A stretch of DNA of 64,000 nucleotides from NCBI GenBank assembly GCA_045122255.1, contig JBGVHJ010000019.1:2345-66344 (forward strand). The letters run 5' to 3'. Positions 48,068 through 58,329 of this stretch are shown in pieces (position 1 is the first letter of the stretch; every line of letters begins with the position of its first letter). The translations under genes were made by a program, and so were the position numbers. The DNA is from Eubacteriales bacterium. GTDB lineage: Bacteria > Bacillota > Clostridia > Oscillospirales > CAG-272. The notes beneath the pieces were generated by a model. That model worked only from the letters and a program-made list of their open reading frames with translations, was not told where the DNA came from and ran no database searches.

Positions 48068-48283
48068 TTAATCCTTTTTCAAAGACTTTTTGCTTCCGTC
48101 GGGGTACTGGATAACGGTGTTATCAAGCTGCTGACGGAAATTTTTGCGGAATTCCGCTATATACTCGGCGCGGAGACGGTCGCGGTCAGCCAGCTCCTCA
48201 GGAGTAAGCGTCTCGCCCGCCTTGATACGTCTCGCGTATTCGTTGAGCTTTTGGGTTCTTTCGGATACTATTTCTTCTGCCAT
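48068..48283 (-). CDS. DUF896 (YnzC-like) small protein
   Basis: About 71 aa and helical, with a LTPEELADRDRLRAEYI pattern typical of UPF0291/DUF896. The ATG lies 2 nt after the pheT stop. Confidence 0.65.
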   Translation of the reverse strand: MAEEIVSERTQKLNEYARRIKAGETLTPEELADRDRLRAEYIAEFRKNFRQQLDNTVIQYPDGSKKSLKKD

Positions 48284-48285
48284 AA

Positions 48286-50685
48286 TCAACCTCTGATATT
48301 AAGACCAAGCTTGAAGGAAAGATCCTTAAGGATCTTATTCGAGACCTTGTCTGCCTCTTCAACGGTAAGGGTTCTGTCGGGAGCGCGGAGAATTACACGG
48401 AACGCAACGCTCTTCTTACCCTCGCCGATCTTTTCGCCGCGGAAGATGTCGAAGAGCTTAACGTCCTCGCAAAGCTTGCCTGCAGCCTTTTCCATAACCT
48501 CCTCAATGGCGCCGACCTCAAGAGACTCGTCGCAGATGAAGGAGAAGTCACGGGAAACTGCGGGGAACTTGGGCAGAGGCTTGAAGTCGATAGTCATATC
48601 GGAATTGTCGAATATAGCGTCGAAGGAAAGCTCTGCGGCATAAACGGCTACGTTTACGTCGTAATTCTTTGCGGTGAGAGGATGGATCTGACCGAAGATA
48701 CCCAACTCCTTGCCGTCAGCGGTCAGTATCTTTGCGCATCTGCCGCTGTGGTATGCCTTGTCCTCGGAGAAGGATACAAACTTAGCCTTCTCGATGCCTG
48801 CCGCTTCAAGAATGTTTTCGATAACGCCCTTCAGCGCATAGAAATCCTCGTCAGAGCCGTATGCGGCAAGGGTGATCACCTTATTCTCGTTGGGAAGCAC
48901 GTTGTCGCCTTCATTGGGAATGTAGGTCGTAGCCATCTCAAAGAGACGAACGTCCTCGTTGGAGAAGTTAACGTTTCTCGCAACCACTTCCATCATAGAG
49001 GGAAGTGCGGTGGTTCTCATTACGCTGGTATCCTCGCCGAGAGGGTTGCTGATGACTACGCTCTTGCGGAGAGAAGAATCCTCGGGCATTCTGATCTTGT
49101 CGTAATACTTGGGAGAAATGAAGGAGAATGTCTGAATCTGGTCAAAGCCCATACCGTAGAGCAGGTGCTCACAGTCAACCTCAAATTGCTGCTTGGGAGT
49201 TCTGCCGCCCTGGGTGGTCTCTGCATAGATGCAGGTGGACTTGATCTTGTTGTAGCCGTAGATACGGATAATTTCCTCTGCGATATCCTGCATGCAGGTA
49301 AGGTCATTTCTGAAGGAGGGAACGGTGATGGAGTTGCCCTCTACGCGACATTCAAGGCGCTCAAGCACGCTCTTCATATAGTCGTAATCGAGCTCGACAC
49401 CGAGGAACTTGTTTATCTTTTCAACGTCAAGGGGAAGAATAACCGCCTCAGGCTTGGTGGGATAAACGTCGATAACGCCGTCAACCACGTCGCCGGCACC
49501 CAGAAGCTGAACCAGCTCGCAAGCGCGGAGAAGTCCTGCCATACAGTTTTCGGGATCGAGTCCCTTTTCAAAGCGAGAGGAGGACTCGGTTCTCATGCCG
49601 TTCTTCTTTGCGGTAACGCGAACAGAGGGACCCGAGAAGCAAGCAGACTCAAATACAACGGTTGCGGTGGTATCCTTGATCTCACTGTTAGCGCCGCCCA
49701 TAACGCCTGCAAGCGCACAAGCCTTCTTTTCGTCTGCGATAACCAGCATAGAGCTGTCAAGGGTGTGATCCTTATCGTCGAGAGACTTGAAAAGCTCACC
49801 GTCGTTTGCTCTTCTTACGTTGATAGCCGAGCCATCAAGCATAGCGTAGTCAAACGCGTGCATAGGCTGACCGTACTCCAGCATTACGTAGTTGGTAATG
49901 TCAACGATGTTGTTGATGGGACGAACGCCTGCGGCGCGGAGTCTCATTCTGAGCCAGAGGGGGGAGGGAGCGATCTTGACGTTCTTTACAACCTTTGCCG
50001 CATAGCGGAAGCAGAGGTCGCTGTCGCTGATCTTAACAGAGAGATAATTGTCGATCTTGTCGCCGTCGCCAAGCTCTGCCACTACGGGAGCGGGAACGGA
50101 GAAGGGCTTATCGAAGCTGATAGCGGTCTCACGCGCAAGACCGATAACAGAGAGACAGTCGGGGCGGTTGGAGGTGATCTCAAACTCGACTACGGTGTCA
50201 TCAAGCATAAGAGCTTCCTTGATGTCCATACCGATCTTGTCGGAGAAGCTTTCGGGAAGGATAAAGATTCCGTCCTCGCAAGCGTCGGGCATATCGTGGA
50301 GGGTAAGATTCAGCTCGGCAATAGAGCAAAGCATACCGTTGGAGGGAACTCCTCTGAGCTTGCCTGCCTTGATAGTAACGTCGCCGGGAAGATGCGCTAC
50401 GGGAATAGCCGCGGGAACGATGTCGCCTGCGTGCACGTTCTGCGCACCGGTAACGATCTGAGTTACTTCTGTTCCTATATCAACCTGGCAGATCCAGAGG
50501 TGGTCGGAGTCGGGGTGACGCTCCATGGAAACTACCTTTGCGACCTTAACGTTCTGGATGTCCTCGCCGAGAACCTCGTAGCCCTCAACCTTGCTTCCGG
50601 TGTCGGTCATTCTGTCACAGTATTCCTTGGTGGTGATACCGTCTGTATTTGTAAAATCGTGAAGCCATTTAAGTGAAAGATTCAT
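48286..50685 (-). CDS. pheT: phenylalanine--tRNA ligase beta subunit
   Basis: 799 aa. N-terminal tRNA-binding domain, B3/4, B5 and a C-terminal FDX-ACB domain. Follows pheS. Confidence 0.95.
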   Translation of the reverse strand: MNLSLKWLHDFTNTDGITTKEYCDRMTDTGSKVEGYEVLGEDIQNVKVAKVVSMERHPDSDHLWICQVDIGTEVTQIVTGAQNVHAGDIVPAAIPVAHLPGDVTIKAGKLRGVPSNGMLCSIAELNLTLHDMPDACEDGIFILPESFSDKIGMDIKEALMLDDTVVEFEITSNRPDCLSVIGLARETAISFDKPFSVPAPVVAELGDGDKIDNYLSVKISDSDLCFRYAAKVVKNVKIAPSPLWLRMRLRAAGVRPINNIVDITNYVMLEYGQPMHAFDYAMLDGSAINVRRANDGELFKSLDDKDHTLDSSMLVIADEKKACALAGVMGGANSEIKDTTATVVFESACFSGPSVRVTAKKNGMRTESSSRFEKGLDPENCMAGLLRACELVQLLGAGDVVDGVIDVYPTKPEAVILPLDVEKINKFLGVELDYDYMKSVLERLECRVEGNSITVPSFRNDLTCMQDIAEEIIRIYGYNKIKSTCIYAETTQGGRTPKQQFEVDCEHLLYGMGFDQIQTFSFISPKYYDKIRMPEDSSLRKSVVISNPLGEDTSVMRTTALPSMMEVVARNVNFSNEDVRLFEMATTYIPNEGDNVLPNENKVITLAAYGSDEDFYALKGVIENILEAAGIEKAKFVSFSEDKAYHSGRCAKILTADGKELGIFGQIHPLTAKNYDVNVAVYAAELSFDAIFDNSDMTIDFKPLPKFPAVSRDFSFICDESLEVGAIEEVMEKAAGKLCEDVKLFDIFRGEKIGEGKKSVAFRVILRAPDRTLTVEEADKVSNKILKDLSFKLGLNIRG

Positions 50686-50704
50686 TATTGCTACCTACCT
50701 TTCA

Positions 50705-51727
50705 TTAAAACTGCTCGATGAAGCGCACGTCATTCTCATAGAAATGACGAATGTCACCGATGTGATACTTGAGCATTGCGATACGCTCAACACCCATACC
50801 GAAGGCGAAGCCGCTGTATTCCTCGGGGTCGATTCCACAGTTGCGGAGCACGTTGGGGTGAACCATACCCGCGCCGAGGATCTCGATCCAGCCCTCGCCC
50901 TTGCAGAGACGGCAACCCTTGCCGCCACACATGAAGCAGGAGATGTCTACCTCAGCCGAAGGCTCGGTGAAGGGGAAGTGGTGAGGACGGAAACGGATTC
51001 TGGTGTCCTCTCCGAACTCGGTCTTAGCAAACGTCTCAAGCATACCCTTAAGGTCGCCCATGGTTATGCCCTTGTCAACTACAAGACCCTCCATCTGATG
51101 GAAGAGAGGAGAGTGAGTTGCGTCCATAGCGTCGCTTCTGTAAACGCGACCGGGGGAGATGATACGGATCGGAGGCTTCTGAGTTTCCATGGTTCTCGCC
51201 TGAACGGGAGAGGTCTGGGAACGGAGAAGGATCTTTTCGGTGATGTAGAAGGTGTCCTGAGTGTCACGCGCAGGGTGATTCTCGGGAATGTTCAGAGCCT
51301 GGAAGTTGTAGTAGTCGTACTCGACCTCGGGACCCTCTGCGATAGAGAAGCCCATGCCAATGAAGATCTCCTCCATGTCTCTCTGAACGAGAGTGAGGGG
51401 GTGACGGTGACCGACCTTTGCCTTCTTGCCGGGAACGGTAACGTCCAGCTTTTCGGCGGCAAGCTTCGCGTCAAGTGCCGCGTCAGCAAGTGCGGTCTTC
51501 TTTTCGGTAATAGCAGATTCGATCTCGGCTCTTACCTCGTTTGCGATCTGACCTACAATGGGTCTTTCCTCGGGAGAAAGCTGTCCCATTCCGCGAAGAA
51601 CCGCGGTGAGCTCGCCCTTCTTACCGAGATACTTGATACGAAGGGCCTCAAGTGCCGCATCGTCAGTTTCGGGAGAGGCAATAGCTGCAAGTGCCTCTTC
51701 CTTTATACGGTTAAGTGTTTCTTTCAT
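50705..51727 (-). CDS. pheS: phenylalanine--tRNA ligase alpha subunit
   Basis: Class II motifs ([38 protein letters not shown]). Confidence 0.95.
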   Translation of the reverse strand: MKETLNRIKEEALAAIASPETDDAALEALRIKYLGKKGELTAVLRGMGQLSPEERPIVGQIANEVRAEIESAITEKKTALADAALDAKLAAEKLDVTVPGKKAKVGHRHPLTLVQRDMEEIFIGMGFSIAEGPEVEYDYYNFQALNIPENHPARDTQDTFYITEKILLRSQTSPVQARTMETQKPPIRIISPGRVYRSDAMDATHSPLFHQMEGLVVDKGITMGDLKGMLETFAKTEFGEDTRIRFRPHHFPFTEPSAEVDISCFMCGGKGCRLCKGEGWIEILGAGMVHPNVLRNCGIDPEEYSGFAFGMGVERIAMLKYHIGDIRHFYENDVRFIEQF

Positions 51728-51767
51728 TTTGAAATTCCTTTCAAATATATAGAATTAATTTTTTAAC

Positions 51768-52040
51768 ATAAAAAAGTCCCAATTCTCTTTTGGAGAATTG
51801 GGACGGAAAAACATAAATTTCCGCGGTACCACCCGCATTTTGGCTTGAAATACAAAGCCAACACTTTGTCTGACGTGTAACGGTGTCTGCCGTGCCGAGC
51901 TATTCGCAAAATTGCCTTGACCCTGCAAGCTCCGAAGGGAAATGCCGCATTTTCGCATATATCCGCTCACACCGACCGCGGACTCTCTGAAATATGACCT
52001 GAAAAGGGCTGACTTCATCATAGCCTTTAAATTATTACAT
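51768..52040 (-). promoter_or_regulatory. T-box leader (probable Phe specifier) upstream of pheST
   Basis: The minus strand carries AGAGAG and GGTGTGA stem-I elements. It carries the T-box sequence AAUGCGGGUGGUACCGCGG (plus-strand 51821-51836). The terminator GUCCCAAUUCUC/GAGAAUUGGGAC (51776-51804) plus U6 follows. A UUC candidate specifier lies at plus-strand 51934-51936. Confidence 0.85.
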
Positions 52041-52047
52041 CTTATAT

Positions 52048-52076
52048 ATTATATCACTAATATCCACTTTTCGCAA
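52048..52076 (-). promoter_or_regulatory. sigma-A promoter of the pheST T-box leader
   Basis: On the minus strand: TTGCGA (52076-52071), a 17-nt spacer, then TATAAT (52053-52048). Confidence 0.65.
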
Positions 52077-52128
52077 GAGCGCTTTTTGCAAAATAAAATA
52101 TCAAACCAAACGATATTTTTAGTGCAAT

Positions 52129-52446
52129 TTATACAATTTGCAACACTTTGAAGTAGAAAAGCGCGAAAATCGCCGCCGCTTGGATCACAATAATGACCGG
52201 GATTCCCAGCATAAACTTCACGTGCTTGGTCTTATGACGAATAAGAAGCATCGTGAGAAACATAGCCACGCTGCCGCCGAGTGCCGAAAGAATGAGAAGC
52301 CACTTTTCGGGGGTTCGGAGACCTACGCGGTTCAATTTGGAGATCTTCTTATCGTAAAAGCAAACGATTATGGAAATGAGCGAGATTATCGCAACGTATG
52401 CGATAAGTATCGACAAAAAGAGATTGTTTTGAATGAATTCAGGCAT
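52129..52446 (-). CDS. DUF1294 membrane protein
   Basis: About 105 aa with a FYDKKISKLNRVGLRTPEKWLL...GGSVAMFLTMLLIRHKTKH pattern typical of DUF1294. Confidence 0.65.
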   Translation of the reverse strand: MPEFIQNNLFLSILIAYVAIISLISIIVCFYDKKISKLNRVGLRTPEKWLLILSALGGSVAMFLTMLLIRHKTKHVKFMLGIPVIIVIQAAAIFALFYFKVLQIV

Positions 52447-52447
52447 A

Positions 52448-54085
52448 TTATAGTCTTTCTGTGATTATATCACCGTCAACGTCGGAAGCTTTTATATGCT
52501 TTAAGGTGATTTTGGGCGAAACACCGTCAGTAGCAGATACTGTATTGCCCTTAAAGCTTATGCTTTCAACATTGTCAAATTGAATTAAGTAATCGAACGT
52601 TGTTTTGAATTTATTATTATTGATTTTAATGCTCTTGTGGAAGTATTTTTCGTCTTCAATGGCAACTCTCGGCACACAGCTTATGACCGCCACGCCCCAA
52701 ACGGTATATTTACAGTTATCAAAGAAGTTATTTTGTACGGTGACGTCATTTGTGCCGCCCGATTCAAACCAATACGAGCCGTTGGATTCAAAGAGAATGG
52801 CACTTCCGCTTGTGTGGAAATAACAGTCCTCAATAATAGTTTTTCCGCGTGTGGCTATGAGCATTCCGCGAGCACGGTTGTTTCTGACCGTGTTGTTTCT
52901 GAATATCAGGTCGGCATTTCTAAATACATTCTCAATATTGTCGCCAACCTTGACGTCGGAAGCGTCCTCACAAAGAACAAGACGGATCATATCCTGATTG
53001 AGATATTCTGCCTTCTTGATCGTCTTTTCGGCATAAGGAATAAGTGAATTTACGTTTACCGCTTGAATTTTATCTCCGTCCCGATAAATCCTGATACCCT
53101 TTGATTGGTTATGCACCTCACGGACGAAGATTTCGTTTCCGCACACCTTTTCAATACGGGCGTACATACCGTGAATATTGAGAGCATCGTCCAGCTGACC
53201 CTCAAAGGTGCAATTTTCAACCTTGATAAGACCGGTACAGTTGACGAAATGTGTGGCATCTACGTTTGCGGTGTAGTGGCGATCGCCGTGGCGCAGGGTG
53301 TTGAAATTATTAAGATGAACGTTGTGGCAGGTCTGCGCCAAAACGCCCATGCCGAGACAGCCGTGTACCGTGACGTTTTCAAGATATACGTCGGAGCAAT
53401 CCTCCATAAAGAAACCGCATCCAAGTCTCGGATAGATATAAAAAATTTCTATATTGCCGATAGGTGGGTAACGCTTGACACCGTGAACGCGCAGCATATC
53501 GTTGCCAAGCTCCTCAAATCTCAGATGAGGAAAATGGTCGTCGAAGGGGAAGTCGTCGGTGCCGTATTCTATCTCTCCGGTGTCCTGTCTGTATTCTATG
53601 GCGGTATTTACGGTAAACGTGCTTTCAAGATAGTCTATGGTAAGCTCGCCGTGTCGGTTGACCTTGAATTTTTCCTTGCCGATAGATTTTTCAAGGTCTA
53701 CGTATCCGTCGCCGTGGGCGGCTACACGCGCCTGAAGGAACATGGTGGAGGGATTGTCGATAGTAAGATTGCGGATGGTGACGTTTTTGCAATTTAAAAG
53801 CGCAAAATGCGTCATAACGTCATGTGTGACAAGCGTAGATCCCGAAAAATCAAGCTCCACGTTTTCCATGTTTTCAAGCAGGACAGCTATTCTTTTAAGT
53901 CCGTTCCAACCGTGATTGGATATATACAGGCAACGCTCGGGGCAGTAATCGGGAAAAGCATGGTATTCATCGCGATCGAACACGATCTTTATATCCTTTT
54001 TGCTCTTTACGTCGTTTAAAAGACGGTGGAAATTATAGCCGTCGTCGCTGTCTTTTCTATAATCTCTGAAATAAATTGTTTCCAT
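52448..54085 (-). CDS. right-handed parallel beta-helix repeat protein (possible cytoplasmic glycosidase/lyase)
   Basis: Repeated motifs of about 22-25 aa such as N.T..N....N....G.......V....V. No signal peptide. Family not assignable by eye. Confidence 0.5.
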   Translation of the reverse strand: METIYFRDYRKDSDDGYNFHRLLNDVKSKKDIKIVFDRDEYHAFPDYCPERCLYISNHGWNGLKRIAVLLENMENVELDFSGSTLVTHDVMTHFALLNCKNVTIRNLTIDNPSTMFLQARVAAHGDGYVDLEKSIGKEKFKVNRHGELTIDYLESTFTVNTAIEYRQDTGEIEYGTDDFPFDDHFPHLRFEELGNDMLRVHGVKRYPPIGNIEIFYIYPRLGCGFFMEDCSDVYLENVTVHGCLGMGVLAQTCHNVHLNNFNTLRHGDRHYTANVDATHFVNCTGLIKVENCTFEGQLDDALNIHGMYARIEKVCGNEIFVREVHNQSKGIRIYRDGDKIQAVNVNSLIPYAEKTIKKAEYLNQDMIRLVLCEDASDVKVGDNIENVFRNADLIFRNNTVRNNRARGMLIATRGKTIIEDCYFHTSGSAILFESNGSYWFESGGTNDVTVQNNFFDNCKYTVWGVAVISCVPRVAIEDEKYFHKSIKINNNKFKTTFDYLIQFDNVESISFKGNTVSATDGVSPKITLKHIKASDVDGDIITERL

Positions 54086-54144
54086 ATTCTCCTCAAATCA
54101 ATAGGGGAAGAAGCCCTTATTGAGGCTCTTCCCCTAAAATTATC

Positions 54145-55800
54145 TTATTTTTTAGGGAAGCTGTCCTTAAGTCCAACTACTCTGTTAAAGGTGTTCTCAT
54201 TCTTGGAGTCCTTGCAGAAGTAGCCTACGCGGACGAACTGGAACTTTTCTCCCGCCTTCGCCTCTGCCAGAGAGGGCTCAACGAATGCACACTCAAGCTT
54301 GGTAAGAGACTCGGGATTGAGGAAATCAAGATATGTCTTGCCCTCGGGAACCTCGGCGGTGTTCTCAATGTTGAAGAGACGGTCGTAGAGCATAACCGTT
54401 ACGGGCTTTGCATACTTAGCAGAGAGCCAGTGAATGGTGCCCTTGATCTTTCTGCCGTCGATGGGATTGCCGTTACCGGTCTCAAGGTCAGCGGTGGCGT
54501 GAATGCACTTGATGCTGCCATCCTCGTTCTTCTCGATGCCGGCATACTTGATGATGTAGCCGCCCATAAGACGAACCTCTCCCTCAGGCTTGAGACGGAA
54601 GAACTTGGGAGGGGGAACCTCTGCGAAATCGTCTGCATCAATATAAATTTCGCGGGTCATAGGCACGTCGCGACGTCCAAGCTCCTCCTTCTGAGGATGG
54701 TTGGGAAGGCTGATCATCTCTTCCTTATCCTCGGGGTAGTTGTCGATAACTACCTTGATGGGATTGACAACGGCAACTCTGCGGAGCGCGTTTTCGTTAA
54801 GATCGTCGCGCACGCAAGCCTCAAGCTGACGGACGTCAACGGTATGGTCGGTGTTGGTGACACCCGCTTCTCTTACGAAGGTGAAGAGAGCCTTAGGGGT
54901 GTAACCTCTTCTGCGGAGACCGCAGAGGGTGGGGAGACGGGGGTCGTCCCAGCCGTCAACGTGACCCTCCTCAACGAGCTGACGGAGGTAACGCTTGGAC
55001 ATTACGGTGTAGGTAATGTTCATTCGACCGAATTCCCACTGATGAGGCTTCTGTGAGAAGCCGATCTTCTCAACTACCCAGTCGTAAAGGGGACGGTGGT
55101 TTCTGAACTCGCTGGAGCAGAGGGAATGGGTGATGCCCTCAAGCGCGTCCTGAATAGGATGCGCGAAGTCGTACATGGGGTAAACGCACCATTCGTCGCC
55201 CTGACGGTGATGATGAATATGCTTGATTCTGTAAATTACGGGATCACGGAGGTAGGGATTGTCGCTTGTGGGATCGATCTTTGCGCGAAGAGTGCGCTTT
55301 CCGTCCTCAAATTCACCGTTCTTCATTCTCTCGAAGAGGTCGAGGTTCTCCTCAACGCTGCGGTTTCTGTAGGGAGATTCCTTGCCCGCAACGGCTCTGT
55401 CGGTGCCCTTGTAGTCAGCGAGATCGTCCTTGGAAAGGTCGCAAACGTAAGCGTCGCCCTGCTTGATAAGCTGAACGGCAAACTCGTAGCACTTGCCGAA
55501 ATAGTCGGAGCCGTAGAAGACGCCGCCTGTGGGAGTAGCGCCAAGCCACTCAAGGTCCTCGCGGATGGAGCGCACGAATTCGTCGCTTTCCTTTGCGGGG
55601 TTTGTATCGTCGTAGCGGAGATTGAAGAGACCGCTGTACTTATTTGCAACGTCGGTGTTGATGCAGATAGCCTTTACCGAGCCGATATGAAGATATCCGT
55701 TAGGCTCGGGAGGAAAACGGGTGTGGATCTTAAGACCGGGGTTAGACACAAGGTCTGCGTCTATAATTTCATGTATAAAATTACTGTTTGTGTTTTCCAT
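54145..55800 (-). CDS. glnS: glutamine--tRNA ligase
   Basis: RFPPEPNGYLHIGS (HIGH) and VMSKR (KMSKS). About 551 aa with a GlnRS-type C-terminal beta-barrel region. Confidence 0.9.
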   Translation of the reverse strand: MENTNSNFIHEIIDADLVSNPGLKIHTRFPPEPNGYLHIGSVKAICINTDVANKYSGLFNLRYDDTNPAKESDEFVRSIREDLEWLGATPTGGVFYGSDYFGKCYEFAVQLIKQGDAYVCDLSKDDLADYKGTDRAVAGKESPYRNRSVEENLDLFERMKNGEFEDGKRTLRAKIDPTSDNPYLRDPVIYRIKHIHHHRQGDEWCVYPMYDFAHPIQDALEGITHSLCSSEFRNHRPLYDWVVEKIGFSQKPHQWEFGRMNITYTVMSKRYLRQLVEEGHVDGWDDPRLPTLCGLRRRGYTPKALFTFVREAGVTNTDHTVDVRQLEACVRDDLNENALRRVAVVNPIKVVIDNYPEDKEEMISLPNHPQKEELGRRDVPMTREIYIDADDFAEVPPPKFFRLKPEGEVRLMGGYIIKYAGIEKNEDGSIKCIHATADLETGNGNPIDGRKIKGTIHWLSAKYAKPVTVMLYDRLFNIENTAEVPEGKTYLDFLNPESLTKLECAFVEPSLAEAKAGEKFQFVRVGYFCKDSKNENTFNRVVGLKDSFPKK

Positions 55801-55814
55801 CGATATTACCTCTT

Positions 55815-57503
55815 TTATTTGAGCGAATTTATCATGTTATTGACTCTTTCAAGTGTCTTTTCCTTGCCGATTATCTGCATTACGGTGTAAAGGTCGGGAG
55901 CGTTCTGCTTGCCGGTCACCGCAACTCTGATGAACATACTGATATCTGCAACGCTGCCCTTGAATGCGGTGGGATCTGCCTTGTATGCCTTCATATCCGA
56001 TGCGAATCCGAGAGAATCCGCGATAGCCTTCACCTTGTCGAACCAGGTGTTCATATCGTCGGCATAATCGTAGGTCTCGGCGAATTTTTCAAGAGTAGCA
56101 ATTATGTCAGCCTTAGCGAAGCTCTCAGAATACTGATCTTCAACAGTGAAGAACTCGTCGAAGAAGAATCCCATATAGGGCTTTGCATCTGCCCATGTCG
56201 CGAGGTCCTTACGGGGCTTCTTGCCGCCGCGACCGATAGCGAAGATCTTCTCGGTAAATGCCTTATCGCGAGCGAGACAAGCGCCGAACTCGGGGTCGAA
56301 TTCAAGTGCCCACTCGGTGATCTTCTCGGTTACGTACTCGGGAGTCATACGGGAGATAACGTTCTTTGAAACGTCGTTAAGCTTATTGAAGTCGAAGAGA
56401 CAGCCCGAGGTAGACATCTTCTTGATGTTGAAGGGAAACTCGGTGTAGGGCTTGTCGGCATTCTGCATGTGCCACTCCTCGTAGTTGGAGTTGAGCAGAG
56501 TCATAATGTACTCGCAGACCGCCTCGGGACAGTAGCCCATACGGGTGTAGTCGTCCATATTTGCGCCCATGTCGCGCTTTGAAAGCTTCTTCTTGTTGCC
56601 CTCGTCGTCAAGTCTCATGATCTGCGCGATGTGGAGATACTTGGGAAGCTTGAAGCCGAGACAGTTGAAGAGCTGAATGTGCTTTGCCAAGCTGGGAAGC
56701 CACTCCTCGCCGCGGATTACGTGGGTGGTGCCCATAAGGTGATCGTCGACCGCGTGAGCGAAATGGTAGGTGGGAATTCCGTCGGACTTGAGAAGCACGA
56801 AGTCCTCGTCGTTCTCGGGAATTTCAAGGTTGCCCTTTACAAGGTCGGTGAACTTGGTTTTCTTTTCGGGATCACCGTTAGCAAGGATTCTGAGCACGAA
56901 GGGATGACCTGCCGCAAGATGCTCCTCGACCTCTTCCATGGTGAACTCGCGTCCTGCAAGCATAGCCGCCTTCTTAGCCTCAGCCTCAGCTTGCCAGTCG
57001 GTGTTCTTTATTTCTTCCTTTTTATTTATAGCCTGTAATTCGTCAAGCTCTTCCTCGGTGGTGAAGCAGGGATATGCTTTGCCCTCACGAACAAGCTGCT
57101 TTGCAAAGGTCTGGTAGATAGGGCCTCTCTGGCTCTGCTTGTAAGGACCGTAAGCGCCCTTGTCGGCGATCTTGCCGCTTTCATCGAGGATGGCGCCCTC
57201 ATCAAAATTAATGCCGTATTTTGCAAGTGTCTTTATAAGACCCTCAGCCGCACCCTCGACCTCACGCTTGGCATCGGTGTCCTCAATTCTGAGATAGAAA
57301 ACACCGCCCGACTGGTGTGCAAGTCTCTCGCCTACGGTGGAGGGGAAGAGTCCGCCGAAGTGAACGAAGCCTGTGGGGCTGGGAGCAAATCTCGTTACCT
57401 TAGCACCCTCGGGAAGCTGACGGGCAGGGTATCTCGCCTCTACGTCGGCAGGGGTATCTGTGATGTGGGGGAAAAGTAATTCAGCTAAACGGTTAAAATC
57501 CAT
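55815..57503 (-). CDS. gltX: glutamate--tRNA ligase (long form, about 562 aa)
   Basis: RFAPSPTGFVHFGG (HIGH-like) and KLSKRD (KMSKS). The start at ATG 57503 follows GGAAGGA. Confidence 0.85.
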   Translation of the reverse strand: MDFNRLAELLFPHITDTPADVEARYPARQLPEGAKVTRFAPSPTGFVHFGGLFPSTVGERLAHQSGGVFYLRIEDTDAKREVEGAAEGLIKTLAKYGINFDEGAILDESGKIADKGAYGPYKQSQRGPIYQTFAKQLVREGKAYPCFTTEEELDELQAINKKEEIKNTDWQAEAEAKKAAMLAGREFTMEEVEEHLAAGHPFVLRILANGDPEKKTKFTDLVKGNLEIPENDEDFVLLKSDGIPTYHFAHAVDDHLMGTTHVIRGEEWLPSLAKHIQLFNCLGFKLPKYLHIAQIMRLDDEGNKKKLSKRDMGANMDDYTRMGYCPEAVCEYIMTLLNSNYEEWHMQNADKPYTEFPFNIKKMSTSGCLFDFNKLNDVSKNVISRMTPEYVTEKITEWALEFDPEFGACLARDKAFTEKIFAIGRGGKKPRKDLATWADAKPYMGFFFDEFFTVEDQYSESFAKADIIATLEKFAETYDYADDMNTWFDKVKAIADSLGFASDMKAYKADPTAFKGSVADISMFIRVAVTGKQNAPDLYTVMQIIGKEKTLERVNNMINSLK

Positions 57504-57532
57504 TTTTATGTCCTTCCTTGATACAAATAATT

Positions 57533-58165
57533 TCAATAATATAATAGGTTTTCAAGTGCCCGGCCCAATTTTGCCGTATCTCCGTGACCGGGATATATCC
57601 TGAGCTCGGGATCAAGAGCCTTGAGAAAATCGAGCGACTCGGAAAGCTCATTCGCATTGCCTCCGTGGAGATCGTATCTTCCAAATCCGTTTGCAAAGAG
57701 CGTGTCACCACTTATCAGCTTATCTCCGCAAAGGATGCATATCGAGCCCTTGGAATGACCGGGTGTTGAGATGATCTTCAGCGTTTCGTCGCCTAAGCTT
57801 AAGGTGTCGCCGTCTTTGAGCAATCCTTCCGCGGGTCTCCATTTCTTGTCGCGCCCAAAGAAGAGCGCGTGGGCGTTTTTCATTCCGTCGGTCAGCATCT
57901 CGTTGTCTGCTTCGTGAATATAGGCAGGAGATGCGGTCATATCTCGAAGAGCGTCCAGCGAGAAAATATGATCGAAATGCCCGTGAGTCAGAATGATATA
58001 TTTTATCTCTGCGTTCTTTTTAGCGGCAAGATCTGCTATCTCGCTTGCGTCAACGCTCGGGTCGATAACGGCGGCAGACTGCCCGGAGACAAGAAGGTAA
58101 CAGTTAGATCCGAAGGCCTCGGGGTAAAGAGTGTATATTTCCAAAGTGTCACCTCCGAGCTGCAT
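57533..58165 (-). CDS. MBL-fold metallo-hydrolase
   Basis: THGHFDH motif. The TTG at 58144, preceded by GGAGGTG, is an alternative start. Confidence 0.8.
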   Translation of the reverse strand: MQLGGDTLEIYTLYPEAFGSNCYLLVSGQSAAVIDPSVDASEIADLAAKKNAEIKYIILTHGHFDHIFSLDALRDMTASPAYIHEADNEMLTDGMKNAHALFFGRDKKWRPAEGLLKDGDTLSLGDETLKIISTPGHSKGSICILCGDKLISGDTLFANGFGRYDLHGGNANELSESLDFLKALDPELRIYPGHGDTAKLGRALENLLYY

Positions 58166-58276
58166 ATTTTAGTTTACATAAAACTCCAACTTACATTATA
58201 TCACAGTTTTGAGCATTTGTCTACATTATTAATAAAAATAATTGCCAAAAATAATCCGAAAAACGTTTCGGATACA

Positions 58277-58311
58277 TAAAAAACGAACCGTTTCGCTTGA
58301 AACGGTTCGTT
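58277..58311 (-). terminator. intrinsic terminator of the SBP gene
   Basis: A 13-bp stem AACGAACCGTTTC/GAAACGGTTCGTT with a U-run on the minus strand. Confidence 0.8.
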
Positions 58312-58329
58312 TGATAAACTTGGTTTTAA

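Noticed and set aside
48682-51766. 664-aa and 340-aa ORFs antisense to pheT and pheS
   Set aside because: Shadow ORFs. pheS and pheT are unambiguous on the minus strand.
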